Shown here: positions 49,472 to 59,270 of the stretch, one piece after another
Position numbering within the stretch: position 1 is the stretch's first letter
Layout of the letters: each line of letters opens with the position of its first letter
Assembly (NCBI GenBank): GCA_965223845.1
Contig: CBDCXR010000004.1
Span: forward strand, 2,080,001 to 2,144,000
Direction of reading: 5' to 3'
DNA length: 64,000 nucleotides
DNA from: Planctomycetota bacterium
Lineage (GTDB): Bacteria > Planctomycetota > UBA8108 > SXIK01
The notes under the pieces: model-generated
What the model saw: only the letters and a program-made list of their open reading frames with translations
Told to the model about the DNA's origin: nothing
The model's database searches: none
Program-made: the position numbers and the translations under genes

Positions 49472-51628
49472 TCAAAACCGAATCGTCGCCCCCACCTTCA
49501 CCGCGATCTCCGTCTGATCGACCCGCGGACGCCCCTCGTTCCGGTCGACCTCCTGAGTCAGAACGACAAAGAGATCCGAACCGGGAACGAACTCCCAGCG
49601 AAGCCGACTGTTCACTCCAATTCTGTCGGAGACGTCGTCGTACTGAACGAGGTTGTACCAGATGAGCTCCGTCGTGAAGTTGATCTGCAGCCGCACGGAC
49701 GCGAGCCGCGTGTCGAAGTTCCCTTCGGGCAGTCGAATCTTGTTGAGCTCGTAACCCGTCGACACGCTGAAGTGCCGACTCGGATCGAGCGTAAGGTTCG
49801 CCACCCAGCGGTCGCGGTAGCCGTCGTAAAACGTGCCGATCTCGTACGCCGCATCGAGCTCGACCGGCCGTTTCGTCGCGCTGGCGAATCCGAAACGGTA
49901 GCGCTGCCACCAATACTCGTCCGGCGGGATTGTGACGCCGGGATGGATTTCGAAATCCGCTCGCGGCTCGTCGAAGCGAGTTTGCGTGTTGAAGAAGATT
50001 TCGTCACTCGATTCGAGAAGAAGAAGGATCGGGGTGAGTGAGTAGAGCGCGGTCTCGAGTTCGTCGTCGAGATCCGTCACGTGCTGCTGGAAGTAGCTGA
50101 CGAAGATCCGGCGAAGCCAATCGCTGTCGGGAGTGAAGAATCGGGAGGTCGCCTCGAGTTCGTACGCCCGAATGCCGCGTCTCGGGGCGAATCCGAGGGC
50201 GGGATAGAAATTCTCGTCGAGCTGGTAGTACTTCACGTAGGTGACGAGTTTCTCGTGCTCGGCCAACGCGACACCGGAGAACGCGAGGTTGTCGCTTCCC
50301 GCAACGCCTTCGGTCCAAGTGCCCGAGAGGAACGCGTTTCCACCGAGCGTCCAGTCGTCGATGAGCGTCGTGTTGCGAAAGTTGAAGTCGGTTCCGGCGA
50401 AGAGATTGTCGTTCCTCGAGTTCGGGTCGCCCGCAGTGACGAGCACGCCGAGGGTCGAGTTCTCGAGGACGTTTCGGCTGACGCGCCCGACGAACGCGTT
50501 CCGCGCCGGCAGCCCATCGTGCGAGTCGACGAGAGCGTCGATGACGCCGACGTTGTACTCGCCGACGCGGCCGGTGAGTTTTCCCGCGATGGTGATGGGT
50601 ACTGGCTCACCGCTCGCACTGAGTCCGATTCTCCGGCTGAAGAACGGAATGAGAGCACCGCGCACGTCGCCGAACTCGAAGATACTCGCGTCCTGAAGGA
50701 AGAACTCCCGCTTCTCCGGAAAGAAGAGGGGAAACCTCGTGAGATTGATCTGACGCGCGTCGACTTCGGTTTCCGCGAAGTCGGTGTTGTAGCTGAGGCT
50801 CGCGGTGAGATTCGGAGTGATCGAATAGCGCGCGTCGACACCGGCATCGAAGAGACGATCGACGTCGTCGTCGACACGGTCGTCTCGGTACCGCGCGGCG
50901 CCGTAGGGGCGAATCTCGAGACCGATTCCCTGCTCGAGGCCTTCCAACCCGCCGAGGTCGCCTGCCTCGGAGACATCGTGGTCGCGATAGCGGACCTGCG
51001 CACCGCTCCAGCGAACGATCTCGTCGCGCCGCTTGATGCCGCGAGAGAGATTGAATCCCCAGACCGTCGAATCCGCGGCGAACGCGATCGACGTGTGTGG
51101 AATCGCGACCTCCGCGTACCAGCCTCGCTCGTCGATCGTTGCGTGGGCGTGCCAGACCGCATCCCAGTCGTCATTCGGAATCGGGTGCGCGGAGATGAGT
51201 GCGTCATCGCGCGCGCCGTTCGGATTCACGCGAAAGATATAGCCGTTGCGGCGGTCGAGGAACGTGTCGAGAACGATGGCGACATAGTCGTTCCGAGTGG
51301 TTCGGCCGTCGCGAGCCATTTCGGTAGCGACGATCGCCGCGGGCTCGGTGTCGTAGCACCAAACTGCGACGTAAAGCGCGCGCCGGTCGTAAGCGACGGC
51401 GAATTCCGTCCGCTGCGTGGGCTCCGCACCTTCGTTCGGAAAGGCCTGGAGGAGATTCCCCGCCCGCGGAGTCGTTCGCCACACCGGGTCGTCGAGACGA
51501 CCGTCGATCTTGGGTGGCGTCGTCGCGCGAACTGCATCGATGCGTGGCCGCTCGGCGGAGACCGGCGAGCTCGCGATCGCAGCCAAGGCCACGACGGCGA
51601 TCTGTGCAAAAAGCCCAGACTCCCGCAC
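49472..51628 (-). CDS. CBM9-like domain + DUF5916 outer-membrane beta-barrel protein
   Basis: PKIDGRLDDPVW, W.AEVAIP, WGFN..R, NTDFAETEVD..INLTRFPLFFPEKREFF, FFSRRIGL, C-terminal Phe. Confidence 0.85.
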   Translation of the reverse strand: MRESGLFAQIAVVALAAIASSPVSAERPRIDAVRATTPPKIDGRLDDPVWRTTPRAGNLLQAFPNEGAEPTQRTEFAVAYDRRALYVAVWCYDTEPAAIVATEMARDGRTTRNDYVAIVLDTFLDRRNGYIFRVNPNGARDDALISAHPIPNDDWDAVWHAHATIDERGWYAEVAIPHTSIAFAADSTVWGFNLSRGIKRRDEIVRWSGAQVRYRDHDVSEAGDLGGLEGLEQGIGLEIRPYGAARYRDDRVDDDVDRLFDAGVDARYSITPNLTASLSYNTDFAETEVDARQINLTRFPLFFPEKREFFLQDASIFEFGDVRGALIPFFSRRIGLSASGEPVPITIAGKLTGRVGEYNVGVIDALVDSHDGLPARNAFVGRVSRNVLENSTLGVLVTAGDPNSRNDNLFAGTDFNFRNTTLIDDWTLGGNAFLSGTWTEGVAGSDNLAFSGVALAEHEKLVTYVKYYQLDENFYPALGFAPRRGIRAYELEATSRFFTPDSDWLRRIFVSYFQQHVTDLDDELETALYSLTPILLLLESSDEIFFNTQTRFDEPRADFEIHPGVTIPPDEYWWQRYRFGFASATKRPVELDAAYEIGTFYDGYRDRWVANLTLDPSRHFSVSTGYELNKIRLPEGNFDTRLASVRLQINFTTELIWYNLVQYDDVSDRIGVNSRLRWEFVPGSDLFVVLTQEVDRNEGRPRVDQTEIAVKVGATIRF

Positions 51629-51648
51629 GACGCTTGGCTTCCCTCCGG

Positions 51649-52353
51649 CTAGACGTCCGCGACCCCGAGAAGACGAAGGACCGTTGCGAGATCGACTTCG
51701 GTGAGGCTGTCGACGATCGTGTCCGCGGCCCCGAGCTTTTCCCTCGGGACGGAGTTCGTCACGGCGATCACCCGGCAGCCCGCACGCCGCGCCGCCTCGA
51801 CGCCGTTCGGTGCATCCTCGATGACGACGCAGCGCTCGGGCGGGAGCTCGAGCCCCGCGGACGCCTTGAGGAAGAGTTCCGGATCGGGCTTCTTGTGCGT
51901 GACATCGCTGCCGGTGACGTACTCGAGCTCGGGGTACGGGACACCGGCGGAGCGAAGAACGGCTTCCGACTTCTCGCGCGTGCTGCTCGTAGCGATCGCG
52001 ACGCCGAATCTCCCGCTCGCACGCGCAGCCGAGATGAGCTCGAGAACGCCGGGGAACGCCGGGAGCGGCCGCTCCCGCAGGATCGCGAGAAAGTTCTCTT
52101 GCCGCCGCGTCGTCGCGTGCTCGACATCTTCACGCGAGAGTTCGAGCCCATGGACTTCGGCTGCAGCCCGCACGTAGGCAGCCGCGCCGCGTCCGAGCCC
52201 ACGCTCGAAGTCCTCGCGACGGACTCCGTCGAGGCCGAAGAGCTCGGCAAACATCCGGATCGACGCCGCGGCGTTGACCGCTTCGGTATCGGCGATGACG
52301 CCGTCGACATCGAAGATGAGTCCGCACGAGATCGGGTTCGATTCGATCGACAT
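51649..52353 (-). CDS. HAD-family phosphatase (beta-PGM/CbbY-like)
   Basis: IFDVDGVI, ATSS, KKPDP, VIEDAPNG. Confidence 0.9.
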   Translation of the reverse strand: MSIESNPISCGLIFDVDGVIADTEAVNAAASIRMFAELFGLDGVRREDFERGLGRGAAAYVRAAAEVHGLELSREDVEHATTRRQENFLAILRERPLPAFPGVLELISAARASGRFGVAIATSSTREKSEAVLRSAGVPYPELEYVTGSDVTHKKPDPELFLKASAGLELPPERCVVIEDAPNGVEAARRAGCRVIAVTNSVPREKLGAADTIVDSLTEVDLATVLRLLGVADV

Positions 52354-52695
52354 CCTCTCGCTCCGAATTCCGACGCTGCGACGATCGTCGATGATCGAAG
52401 AGGAGGCCGCAAGCGATCAGATCGCGGTGTGACCAAACGCCACACGCGACACATCACCGCGGTACGGATGCGCGATCGAAGCGTGAGTGCCCTCCTCGGC
52501 CGTCTCGACGGCCTTTCGATCGCGCAAGCTAGAACGGAACGTAGAGCGACGTCCCAACGTAGAGCGCCGAGTCGTCGTTCTCGTCGAACAACCCGTCTGC
52601 GAAACGTCGCGCCACCGGCGGGAAAACCCAAACCCACCTGGACAGATCGATCGGCGGAGAATAGAAGTCACGGTGCTCCACGTCGCAGCCGATCG

Positions 52696-53853
52696 ATGTC
52701 CACCGAAACTCCCTCGACCGCCCAGCCGCCGCGCCTCGGCCTCCTCCTCGACGGAGGCGGTGCGCGAGCGGCGTATCAGGTAGGGCTTCTTCGGTTCCTC
52801 GCTTCCGAGGTTCCGGACCTCTCCGTACCGATCCTCACCGGCGTCTCCGCCGGCGCGATCAACACGGCGCATCTCGCGAGTCGATCGGGCTCGTTTGCGG
52901 AGTCGGTCGAAGAGCTTTCCGAGCTGTGGCGGCGTATCTCCGTCGACCAAGTGTTCGACGTTCACAGTTGGCAGATCGTGAAGACAGTGCTCCGCTGGGG
53001 CCTCGGTCTCATCTCGGGCGGGCGATTCTCGCCGAGCGAGCTTCGCGGCCTCACGGACACCGCGCCGCTCCGCAGGTTCCTCACCGACGCGCTCGAGCTC
53101 GAGGACGGAAAACTCGTCGGCATCGGGCGCAACATCGACCGCGGCGTCGTCGATTCCGTCGGAATCACGACGACCGATTACGCGACGGTACGCGCGACGA
53201 CGTGGGTTCAGAGTCACTCACCGGCGCTCTGGGAGCGGCCCAATCGCGTCGCCGTCGAGTGTTCGCTCGGTCTCGATCACGTGCTCGCAAGTGTCTCGCT
53301 TCCCCTCTTCTTTCCCGCGACGAAGATCGGCGAGGTGTGGCACGGTGATGGCGGTATCCGATTGACCGCACCGTTCTCGCCGGCCGTCTATCTCGGCGCC
53401 GAACGCGTGCTCGCGATCTCGACGCGATTCGCGTCTGAAGCTCGAGACGATACGGCCACGCTCAAGATTTATCCTCCGCCAGCGTACGTGGCCGGAGTGC
53501 TGCTCAACGCCGTGTTTCTCGACATGCTCGAGTACGACGCGCGAAATCTCGAACGGATCAACCGACTCATCGAGCACGTCCCCGTCGAAGAGCGAGGAGG
53601 ACTGCGCCGGGTGGAGACGCTGATTCTCCGGCCGTCTCGCGATCTCGGCAAGCTCGCCGCGGAGCACGAGCCCCGGCTGCCCGGTCTCTTTCGCTTTCTG
53701 ACCCGCGGCCTCGGGACGCGCGTGACCGAGGGATCGGATGCGCTGAGCATGCTGATGTTCCAGCACGAGTTCGTCGACCAGCTCCTCGCGCTCGGCGAGG
53801 CCGACGCGCGGGCGAGAGGCGACGAGATCATCGCGTTCGTGAACGGAGAATGA
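52696..53853 (+). CDS. Patatin-like phospholipase (soluble)
   Basis: DGGGARAAYQ, GVSAG, GDGG. ATG 52696 inside track ORF 51514..53853. Confidence 0.88.
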   Translation: MSTETPSTAQPPRLGLLLDGGGARAAYQVGLLRFLASEVPDLSVPILTGVSAGAINTAHLASRSGSFAESVEELSELWRRISVDQVFDVHSWQIVKTVLRWGLGLISGGRFSPSELRGLTDTAPLRRFLTDALELEDGKLVGIGRNIDRGVVDSVGITTTDYATVRATTWVQSHSPALWERPNRVAVECSLGLDHVLASVSLPLFFPATKIGEVWHGDGGIRLTAPFSPAVYLGAERVLAISTRFASEARDDTATLKIYPPPAYVAGVLLNAVFLDMLEYDARNLERINRLIEHVPVEERGGLRRVETLILRPSRDLGKLAAEHEPRLPGLFRFLTRGLGTRVTEGSDALSMLMFQHEFVDQLLALGEADARARGDEIIAFVNGE

Positions 53854-54248
53854 ACGTGTCGCGGGATCGATCCGGACGACGAGTCCAAGCGCGCGGGCGA
53901 GCTCTCGCAGTCGCACTCGCTCTCTCTGCGCTCACCGGGTGCGCGGCAACGACGCTCGTCGAATCGTCACCACCGGGAGCTCGCGTCGAGATCGACAACG
54001 ACTACGTCGGCCGGACGCCGCTCGAGCACGAATGGAGCGTATCGGCGGCACAGCGCTACAACCCGCTGCGCTGGATCGGAATGCTCCTCCCGTGGAACTG
54101 GAGGGGACCTCGCCTCGGTCGAACGCGCATCGTTCGCGTGCTTCCGCCTCGGAGCGATCTCTTCCTTCAGTCGAAGGTGCTTCCCGGTGGAAGCACGCCG
54201 CCGACGCACGTCTTCTTCGACTTGACGATCCCGCCGGAGAAGCCCTGA
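53850..54248 (+). CDS. PEGA-like lipoprotein
   Basis: Lipobox LTGC; VESSPPGARVEID..YVGRTPL; ATGA overlap with the patatin gene. Confidence 0.7.
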   Translation: MNVSRDRSGRRVQARGRALAVALALSALTGCAATTLVESSPPGARVEIDNDYVGRTPLEHEWSVSAAQRYNPLRWIGMLLPWNWRGPRLGRTRIVRVLPPRSDLFLQSKVLPGGSTPPTHVFFDLTIPPEKP

Positions 54249-54347
54249 GCGGATCGCGCTTACGCGTCGCGTGAGTACGCCAACGGGCCTAGGGGGCTTC
54301 TCCCCGTGCGCCCGGGTGCGGTAGACTAGCCGTCTCTGCAGAACGAG

Positions 54348-57300
54348 ATGCGACCCCTCGAGCGATCGGGAGCGCAGGTGGCCTTGAATTCCTTACGAAC
54401 GGTTCGAGTGGCCGGCTTCGGCCCCGCGTGGGCGATCGGGGCGATGCTCCTAGCATCCCCCGGAACCGAGCCCGCGAAGGAGATCGTTCCGCCGCCGAGA
54501 TCACCGGAGTTCTTCGAAACGCGCGTGGCTCCGCTCCTCGAGAGACGCTGCGTCTCGTGTCACAACGAGTCGAAACGGAAGGGCGGCCTCGCCCTCGATA
54601 CGCGCGCCGGACTCGATGCCGGCGCGGAAGGTGACGCAGTTGTCGTTCGCGGACGACCGGAAGCGAGTTCACTCATCGCCGCAGTGTCGGGTGACGATCC
54701 GGCGATGCCGCGGTTGGGCCCGAAGCTCGATCCAGCCGAGGTCGCCCGACTGCGAGAGTGGATCGCGGCGGGCGCGCCCTGGCCGGCGGGTCGACGTCTC
54801 GCGGCGAAGCTCGATGCCGATCTCGATTGGTGGTCGCTCCGTCCGATCGCGCGTCCTCACGTCCCTCTCGTCGCGGACGGCGACCCCGCGCCGGGCGTTC
54901 GAACGCCAATCGACGCGTTCGTGATCGCGCAACTAGAGAAGAACGGGCTCCGTCTTTCGCCGGAAGCGGATCGGCGGACTCTCATCCGCCGGCTCACCTA
55001 CGACCTCCACGGCTTGCCGCCGTCGCCCGAGGAGGTCGAGGCGTTCGTCCGAGACGATCGTCCCGACGCGTACGATCGACTCGTCGATCGCCTCCTCGCC
55101 TCCCCGGCCTACGGGGAACGCTGGGCGCGGCACTGGCTCGACGTCGTTCACTACGCCGACACCCACGGCTACGACAAGGATAAGCTGCGCCCGAATGCGT
55201 GGCCGTATCGCGACTACGTCATCCGGGCGCTCAACGAGGACAAGCCGTACTCTCGGTTTGTCGAGGAGCAGATCGCGGGGGATGTTTTGTACCCGGGCAC
55301 GCGAGACGGGATCGTCGCGACAGGATTCATCGCCGCGGGCCCGTGGGACTTCATCGGGCACGCCGAGGTTCCCGAGTCGAAGATCGACGGCAAGATCGCA
55401 CGCAATCTCGACCGCGACGACATGGTGACGACGACGATGCAAACCTTCGTCAGCACCACGGTTCAGTGCGCTCGCTGTCACGATCACAAGTTCGATCCGG
55501 TCACGCAGGAGGATTACTACAGTCTCCAGGCTGTGTTCGCGGCCCTCGACCGAGCCGATCGCCCTTACGAGCGGTCCGACGAAGTAGGGACCAAGCGAAA
55601 GCAGCTGACCGCCCGGCGCGACGAGCTCGTTCGCTCGAGGGAGCGACTTCTCGCCGAAACGCGGCAGAGGGCCGGTCCCGAGCTGGAGCGCGTGGAGCGG
55701 GAATTGGCGACACTCGAGCAAACGACCAAGCCTGCGGAGCCGCGCCCAGAGTTCGGCTATCACAGCGCGATCGAGGCCCGCCAGGACGTCGAGAAGTGGG
55801 TGCAGGTCGATCTCGGTGCACCGGTCGAGATCGAGCGCGTGATCTACGCCGGGTGCCACGACGACTTCGCGGGGATCGGCGCCGGATTCGGTTTCCCCGT
55901 TCGCTATCGCATCGCCGTCTCCAACGACGAGGATTTCGCCGAGGACGTTCACGTCCTCATCGACTCGACGGACGCCGACGCTCCCAACCCAGGGGTGACG
56001 CCGCAGCTCGCCAGCGGTGGGGGACGCACCGCTCGCTACGTCCGCGTCACCGCGACGAAGCTCGCCCATCGGCAGCGCGACTATATCTTCGCTCTCGCGG
56101 AGCTCTCGGTGGTCACGACGGACGGGCGGAACGCCGCGCGTGGCGGGAAGGTGACTGCGCTCGATTCGATCGAGGCTCCCGTCCGCTGGTCGAAGAAGAA
56201 TCTCGTCGACGGGTACTATCGCGGAGGGCGGGCGAACGCCGCCGACCTCGCGAAGATCGAACGTCTTCTCGGCGAACGAGAGAGGATTCTGAGCTCCGCG
56301 CAAGGAGAAGTCACGCGTCGTGAGCTCGCTGCGATCGCGAGCGAGATCGATGCCATCGACCGAAACCTGAAGGCTCTCCCGGCTCCCGGTCGCGTCTACG
56401 CGGGAACGATTCACACCGGAAGCGGCGCATTTCAAGGGACTGGAAGCGCCGGCGGCGCTCCCCGCGAAATCCGAGTCCTCCACCGCGGGGACGTGCAGTC
56501 GCCGGGGGCTCTCGTCGATCCGGGCGTCCCGCCTCTTCTCGCCGCGGCGACTCACCGCTTCGCGCTTCCGAAAGAACACCCCGAAGGAGAGCGAAGGCGG
56601 GAACTAGCCGCGTGGATCACTCGCCGCGATAACGTCCTTACGTGGCGGTCGATCGTGAACCGCGTCTGGCAGTACCATTTCGGCCGCGGCATCGTCGAGA
56701 CGGCGAACGACTTCGGGCGGATGGGCGAGCAGCCGAGTCACCCCGAGCTCCTCGATTGGCTCGCGGCATGGTTTCGCGACGACGGGGGTCAGTCGCTGAA
56801 GGCTCTTCACCGCCTGATTCTAAGGAGCGCCGTCTACCGCCAGCAGTCGGTCGACCGACCGGAGGCGAGTGCCGTCGACGCGGGCAATCGGCTCCTCTGG
56901 CGGATGCAGCGGAGGCGCCTCGAGGCCGAAGCGGTTCGCGATACGGCGCTTCTCCTCGCTGGGCGTCTCGGGAGAAGGATCGGTGGACCGGGCTTTCGTG
57001 CGTTCATCCTAGAGAAGCCGGAACACTCGCCGCACTACGAGTACGCGAAGCACTCGCCCAGCGATCCCGCCAGCCACCGCCGCACGATCTATCGCTTCAT
57101 CGTAAGATCGCAGCAGGATCCGCTCATGACCACGCTCGACTGCGCGGATCCCTCGCTCATGGTCGATCGCCGAAACGAGACGCTCACCGCGATCCAGGCG
57201 CTCGCGCTCCTCAACAATCGCTTCGTGACGTACGCGGCGGAAGAGTTCGCGGCGCGACTTGCGAGCGAAGAGACGCTCGAGGCGAAGATTCGCCGGGCGG

Positions 57301-57431
57301 TGTGGCTCGCTCTCTCCCGGAAGCCATCGCGCGAGGATGCGGAGCTCCTTCTCGACCACGCGAAGCGCTTCGGACTCGCGAACGCGTGCCGCGTTCTGCT
57401 CAACCTAAACGAGTTCTTATTCGTCGACTGA
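54348..57431 (+). CDS. Planctomycete cytochrome c + DUF1549/DUF1553 (PSD1) protein with discoidin domain
   Basis: FFETRVAPLLERRCVSCH...MP...WIAAGA; [16 protein letters not shown]; [11 protein letters not shown]; KWVQVDLG; HPELLDWLA; RLEAE. Start uncertain. Confidence 0.9.
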   Translation: MRPLERSGAQVALNSLRTVRVAGFGPAWAIGAMLLASPGTEPAKEIVPPPRSPEFFETRVAPLLERRCVSCHNESKRKGGLALDTRAGLDAGAEGDAVVVRGRPEASSLIAAVSGDDPAMPRLGPKLDPAEVARLREWIAAGAPWPAGRRLAAKLDADLDWWSLRPIARPHVPLVADGDPAPGVRTPIDAFVIAQLEKNGLRLSPEADRRTLIRRLTYDLHGLPPSPEEVEAFVRDDRPDAYDRLVDRLLASPAYGERWARHWLDVVHYADTHGYDKDKLRPNAWPYRDYVIRALNEDKPYSRFVEEQIAGDVLYPGTRDGIVATGFIAAGPWDFIGHAEVPESKIDGKIARNLDRDDMVTTTMQTFVSTTVQCARCHDHKFDPVTQEDYYSLQAVFAALDRADRPYERSDEVGTKRKQLTARRDELVRSRERLLAETRQRAGPELERVERELATLEQTTKPAEPRPEFGYHSAIEARQDVEKWVQVDLGAPVEIERVIYAGCHDDFAGIGAGFGFPVRYRIAVSNDEDFAEDVHVLIDSTDADAPNPGVTPQLASGGGRTARYVRVTATKLAHRQRDYIFALAELSVVTTDGRNAARGGKVTALDSIEAPVRWSKKNLVDGYYRGGRANAADLAKIERLLGERERILSSAQGEVTRRELAAIASEIDAIDRNLKALPAPGRVYAGTIHTGSGAFQGTGSAGGAPREIRVLHRGDVQSPGALVDPGVPPLLAAATHRFALPKEHPEGERRRELAAWITRRDNVLTWRSIVNRVWQYHFGRGIVETANDFGRMGEQPSHPELLDWLAAWFRDDGGQSLKALHRLILRSAVYRQQSVDRPEASAVDAGNRLLWRMQRRRLEAEAVRDTALLLAGRLGRRIGGPGFRAFILEKPEHSPHYEYAKHSPSDPASHRRTIYRFIVRSQQDPLMTTLDCADPSLMVDRRNETLTAIQALALLNNRFVTYAAEEFAARLASEETLEAKIRRAVWLALSRKPSREDAELLLDHAKRFGLANACRVLLNLNEFLFVD

Positions 57432-57445
57432 GAGAGTTCGTTTCG

Positions 57446-58936
57446 ATGCGAGAATCCCGTAGTTCTTCGACTCCACCCGCCCTATTCGATCGGCGCAGCT
57501 TCCTTTGGCGATCGGGCGGCGGTCTCGGTGGCATCGCTCTCGCTACTATGCTGGCCGAGGCCGAAGCGCGGGCCGCGGGCGGCTCGGCGCGCAGCGAGGG
57601 GATTCACCATCGTCCGCGCGCGAAGCGAGTCGTGCAGCTCTTCATGGCGGGGGCGGCGAGTCACGTCGATCTCTTCGACTACAAGCCGCGACTCTGGCGA
57701 GACCACGGAAAAAAGTGGGACCCTGGCGAGAAGGTCGAGCTCTTTCAAAATGGCCTGGGCGCGACGTACGCTCCGCCGTGGACGTTCCGGCCGTACGGTG
57801 ACTGCGGGAAGCACCTTTCCGAGATCGTCGCGCCGCTCGGGAAGTGCGTCGATCGCATGGCGTTCATTCACAACCTCGTCGGCAAAACGGGAGTCCACAG
57901 CCAGGCGACGTTTCTCCAATCGACGGGCTTCCAGCTTCCGGGCTTTCCCGGCGTCGGGGCGTGGGTGAGCTACGCACTCGGAAGCATGAACGAAGACCTC
58001 CCGACCTTCGTCGTCCTTCCCGACCATCGCGGGTTCGCGTCGAACGGGCCGAAGAACTGGGACGCCGGGTTTCTCCCCGCTCAGCACCAGGGAACGATCG
58101 TTCAGCCGATCTCGGACGATCCGGTTGCGAATCTCTTCCCGCCCGAAGGGAGCTTCGTCACGCCGGAAAGCGATGCGGCGGCGCAACGACTTCTCGGTCG
58201 GCTCAATCGACGACACGCGGTGCTGCGCCCCGGCGACTCGCGCCTCGGTGCACGCATGCGTTCCTACGAGCTCGCCGCGCGCATGCAGCTCGCCGCTCCC
58301 GATGCGCTCGACATCACCCGCGAACCTGATCACATCCTCTCGCTCTACGGCCTCGATCACGGACAGAAACAGTTCGCGAAGACGATCAACCCCGTCGAGG
58401 AGATCGATTACTTCAGCCGCAAGTGCCTCGTCGCCCGGCGACTCCTCGAACGCGGCGTTCGCTTCGTCCAGATCTGGTCGGGCTGCGACAACGCCTTCCC
58501 GCGGAGAAACTGGGATTCGCACGAAGACATCGCGCGTGACCACGGCCCGCTCGCACTCGGGATGGCGAAGGGCGCGTCGGCGCTCATCGAGGATCTCGAT
58601 CAGCGCGGCATGCTCGACGACACGGTCATTCTCTGGACGACCGAATTCGGGCGCATGCCCTGCGCACAGGGCTCGAAAGGCCGAGACCACAATCCCTTCG
58701 GCTTCACCAACTGGCTATGCGGTGGGGGAATCCGCGGCGGCGTCACTCACGGCGAGAGCGACGAATGGGGGTATAAGCCGGCGGACCGCGCGAATCCGAC
58801 GTACGTCTACGACGTTCACGCGACGATCCTTCACCTGCTCGGCATCGATCACGAGCGCCTGACCGTGCGGCACAACGGGATCGACCGGCGGCTCACGGAC
58901 GTGCACGGGCACGTCATCCGCGACCTTCTCGCGTAG
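57446..58936 (+). CDS. DUF1501 protein (Tat-like motif)
   Basis: [55 protein letters not shown]. Confidence 0.9.
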   Translation: MRESRSSSTPPALFDRRSFLWRSGGGLGGIALATMLAEAEARAAGGSARSEGIHHRPRAKRVVQLFMAGAASHVDLFDYKPRLWRDHGKKWDPGEKVELFQNGLGATYAPPWTFRPYGDCGKHLSEIVAPLGKCVDRMAFIHNLVGKTGVHSQATFLQSTGFQLPGFPGVGAWVSYALGSMNEDLPTFVVLPDHRGFASNGPKNWDAGFLPAQHQGTIVQPISDDPVANLFPPEGSFVTPESDAAAQRLLGRLNRRHAVLRPGDSRLGARMRSYELAARMQLAAPDALDITREPDHILSLYGLDHGQKQFAKTINPVEEIDYFSRKCLVARRLLERGVRFVQIWSGCDNAFPRRNWDSHEDIARDHGPLALGMAKGASALIEDLDQRGMLDDTVILWTTEFGRMPCAQGSKGRDHNPFGFTNWLCGGGIRGGVTHGESDEWGYKPADRANPTYVYDVHATILHLLGIDHERLTVRHNGIDRRLTDVHGHVIRDLLA

Positions 58937-58960
58937 CGTGCGATTCGTCCGCGACTGCGA

Positions 58961-59122
58961 TCAGCAGGACACGCGGTCGCGCGTGCGCCGGGACCGCGAG
59001 GGGGCCGTGCGCGGATCGCCGTACCATTTGGCGTCCGACTGGGACGGATCCGCGGCCCCGAGCGCCGTGACGATCACGACCAACGAGACAGGAATCAGCA
59101 GCATGTAGATGAGTAGCGACAT
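58961..59122 (-). CDS. Possible small membrane peptide (53 aa)
   Basis: Hydrophobic N-terminus MSLLIYMLLIPVSLVVIVTALG with GAGG upstream; no family recognised. Confidence 0.3.
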   Translation of the reverse strand: MSLLIYMLLIPVSLVVIVTALGAADPSQSDAKWYGDPRTAPSRSRRTRDRVSC

Positions 59123-59270
59123 CGAAGAGACCCTCGTGGGATTAGGAATCCCCTCCCCATCGGTCTCTTCGGCGAGATGGCCGCGACTTCTACACAAAAA
59201 AGCCGAACCGCGGCGCTGTCGTCCGGTAAACCGCAGCCGGTCCAGACGAGTCCGGTTCGAGCGGGCGCGA

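Noticed and set aside
51514-52695. N-terminal half of track ORF 51514..53853 as a patatin fusion
   Set aside because: It is antisense to the HAD phosphatase. The patatin domain begins just after ATG 52696.
52696-54248. Patatin + lipoprotein as a CBASS or toxin-immunity pair
   Set aside because: No CD-NTase or secretion-linked gene is adjacent, and the patatin resembles the common housekeeping type.
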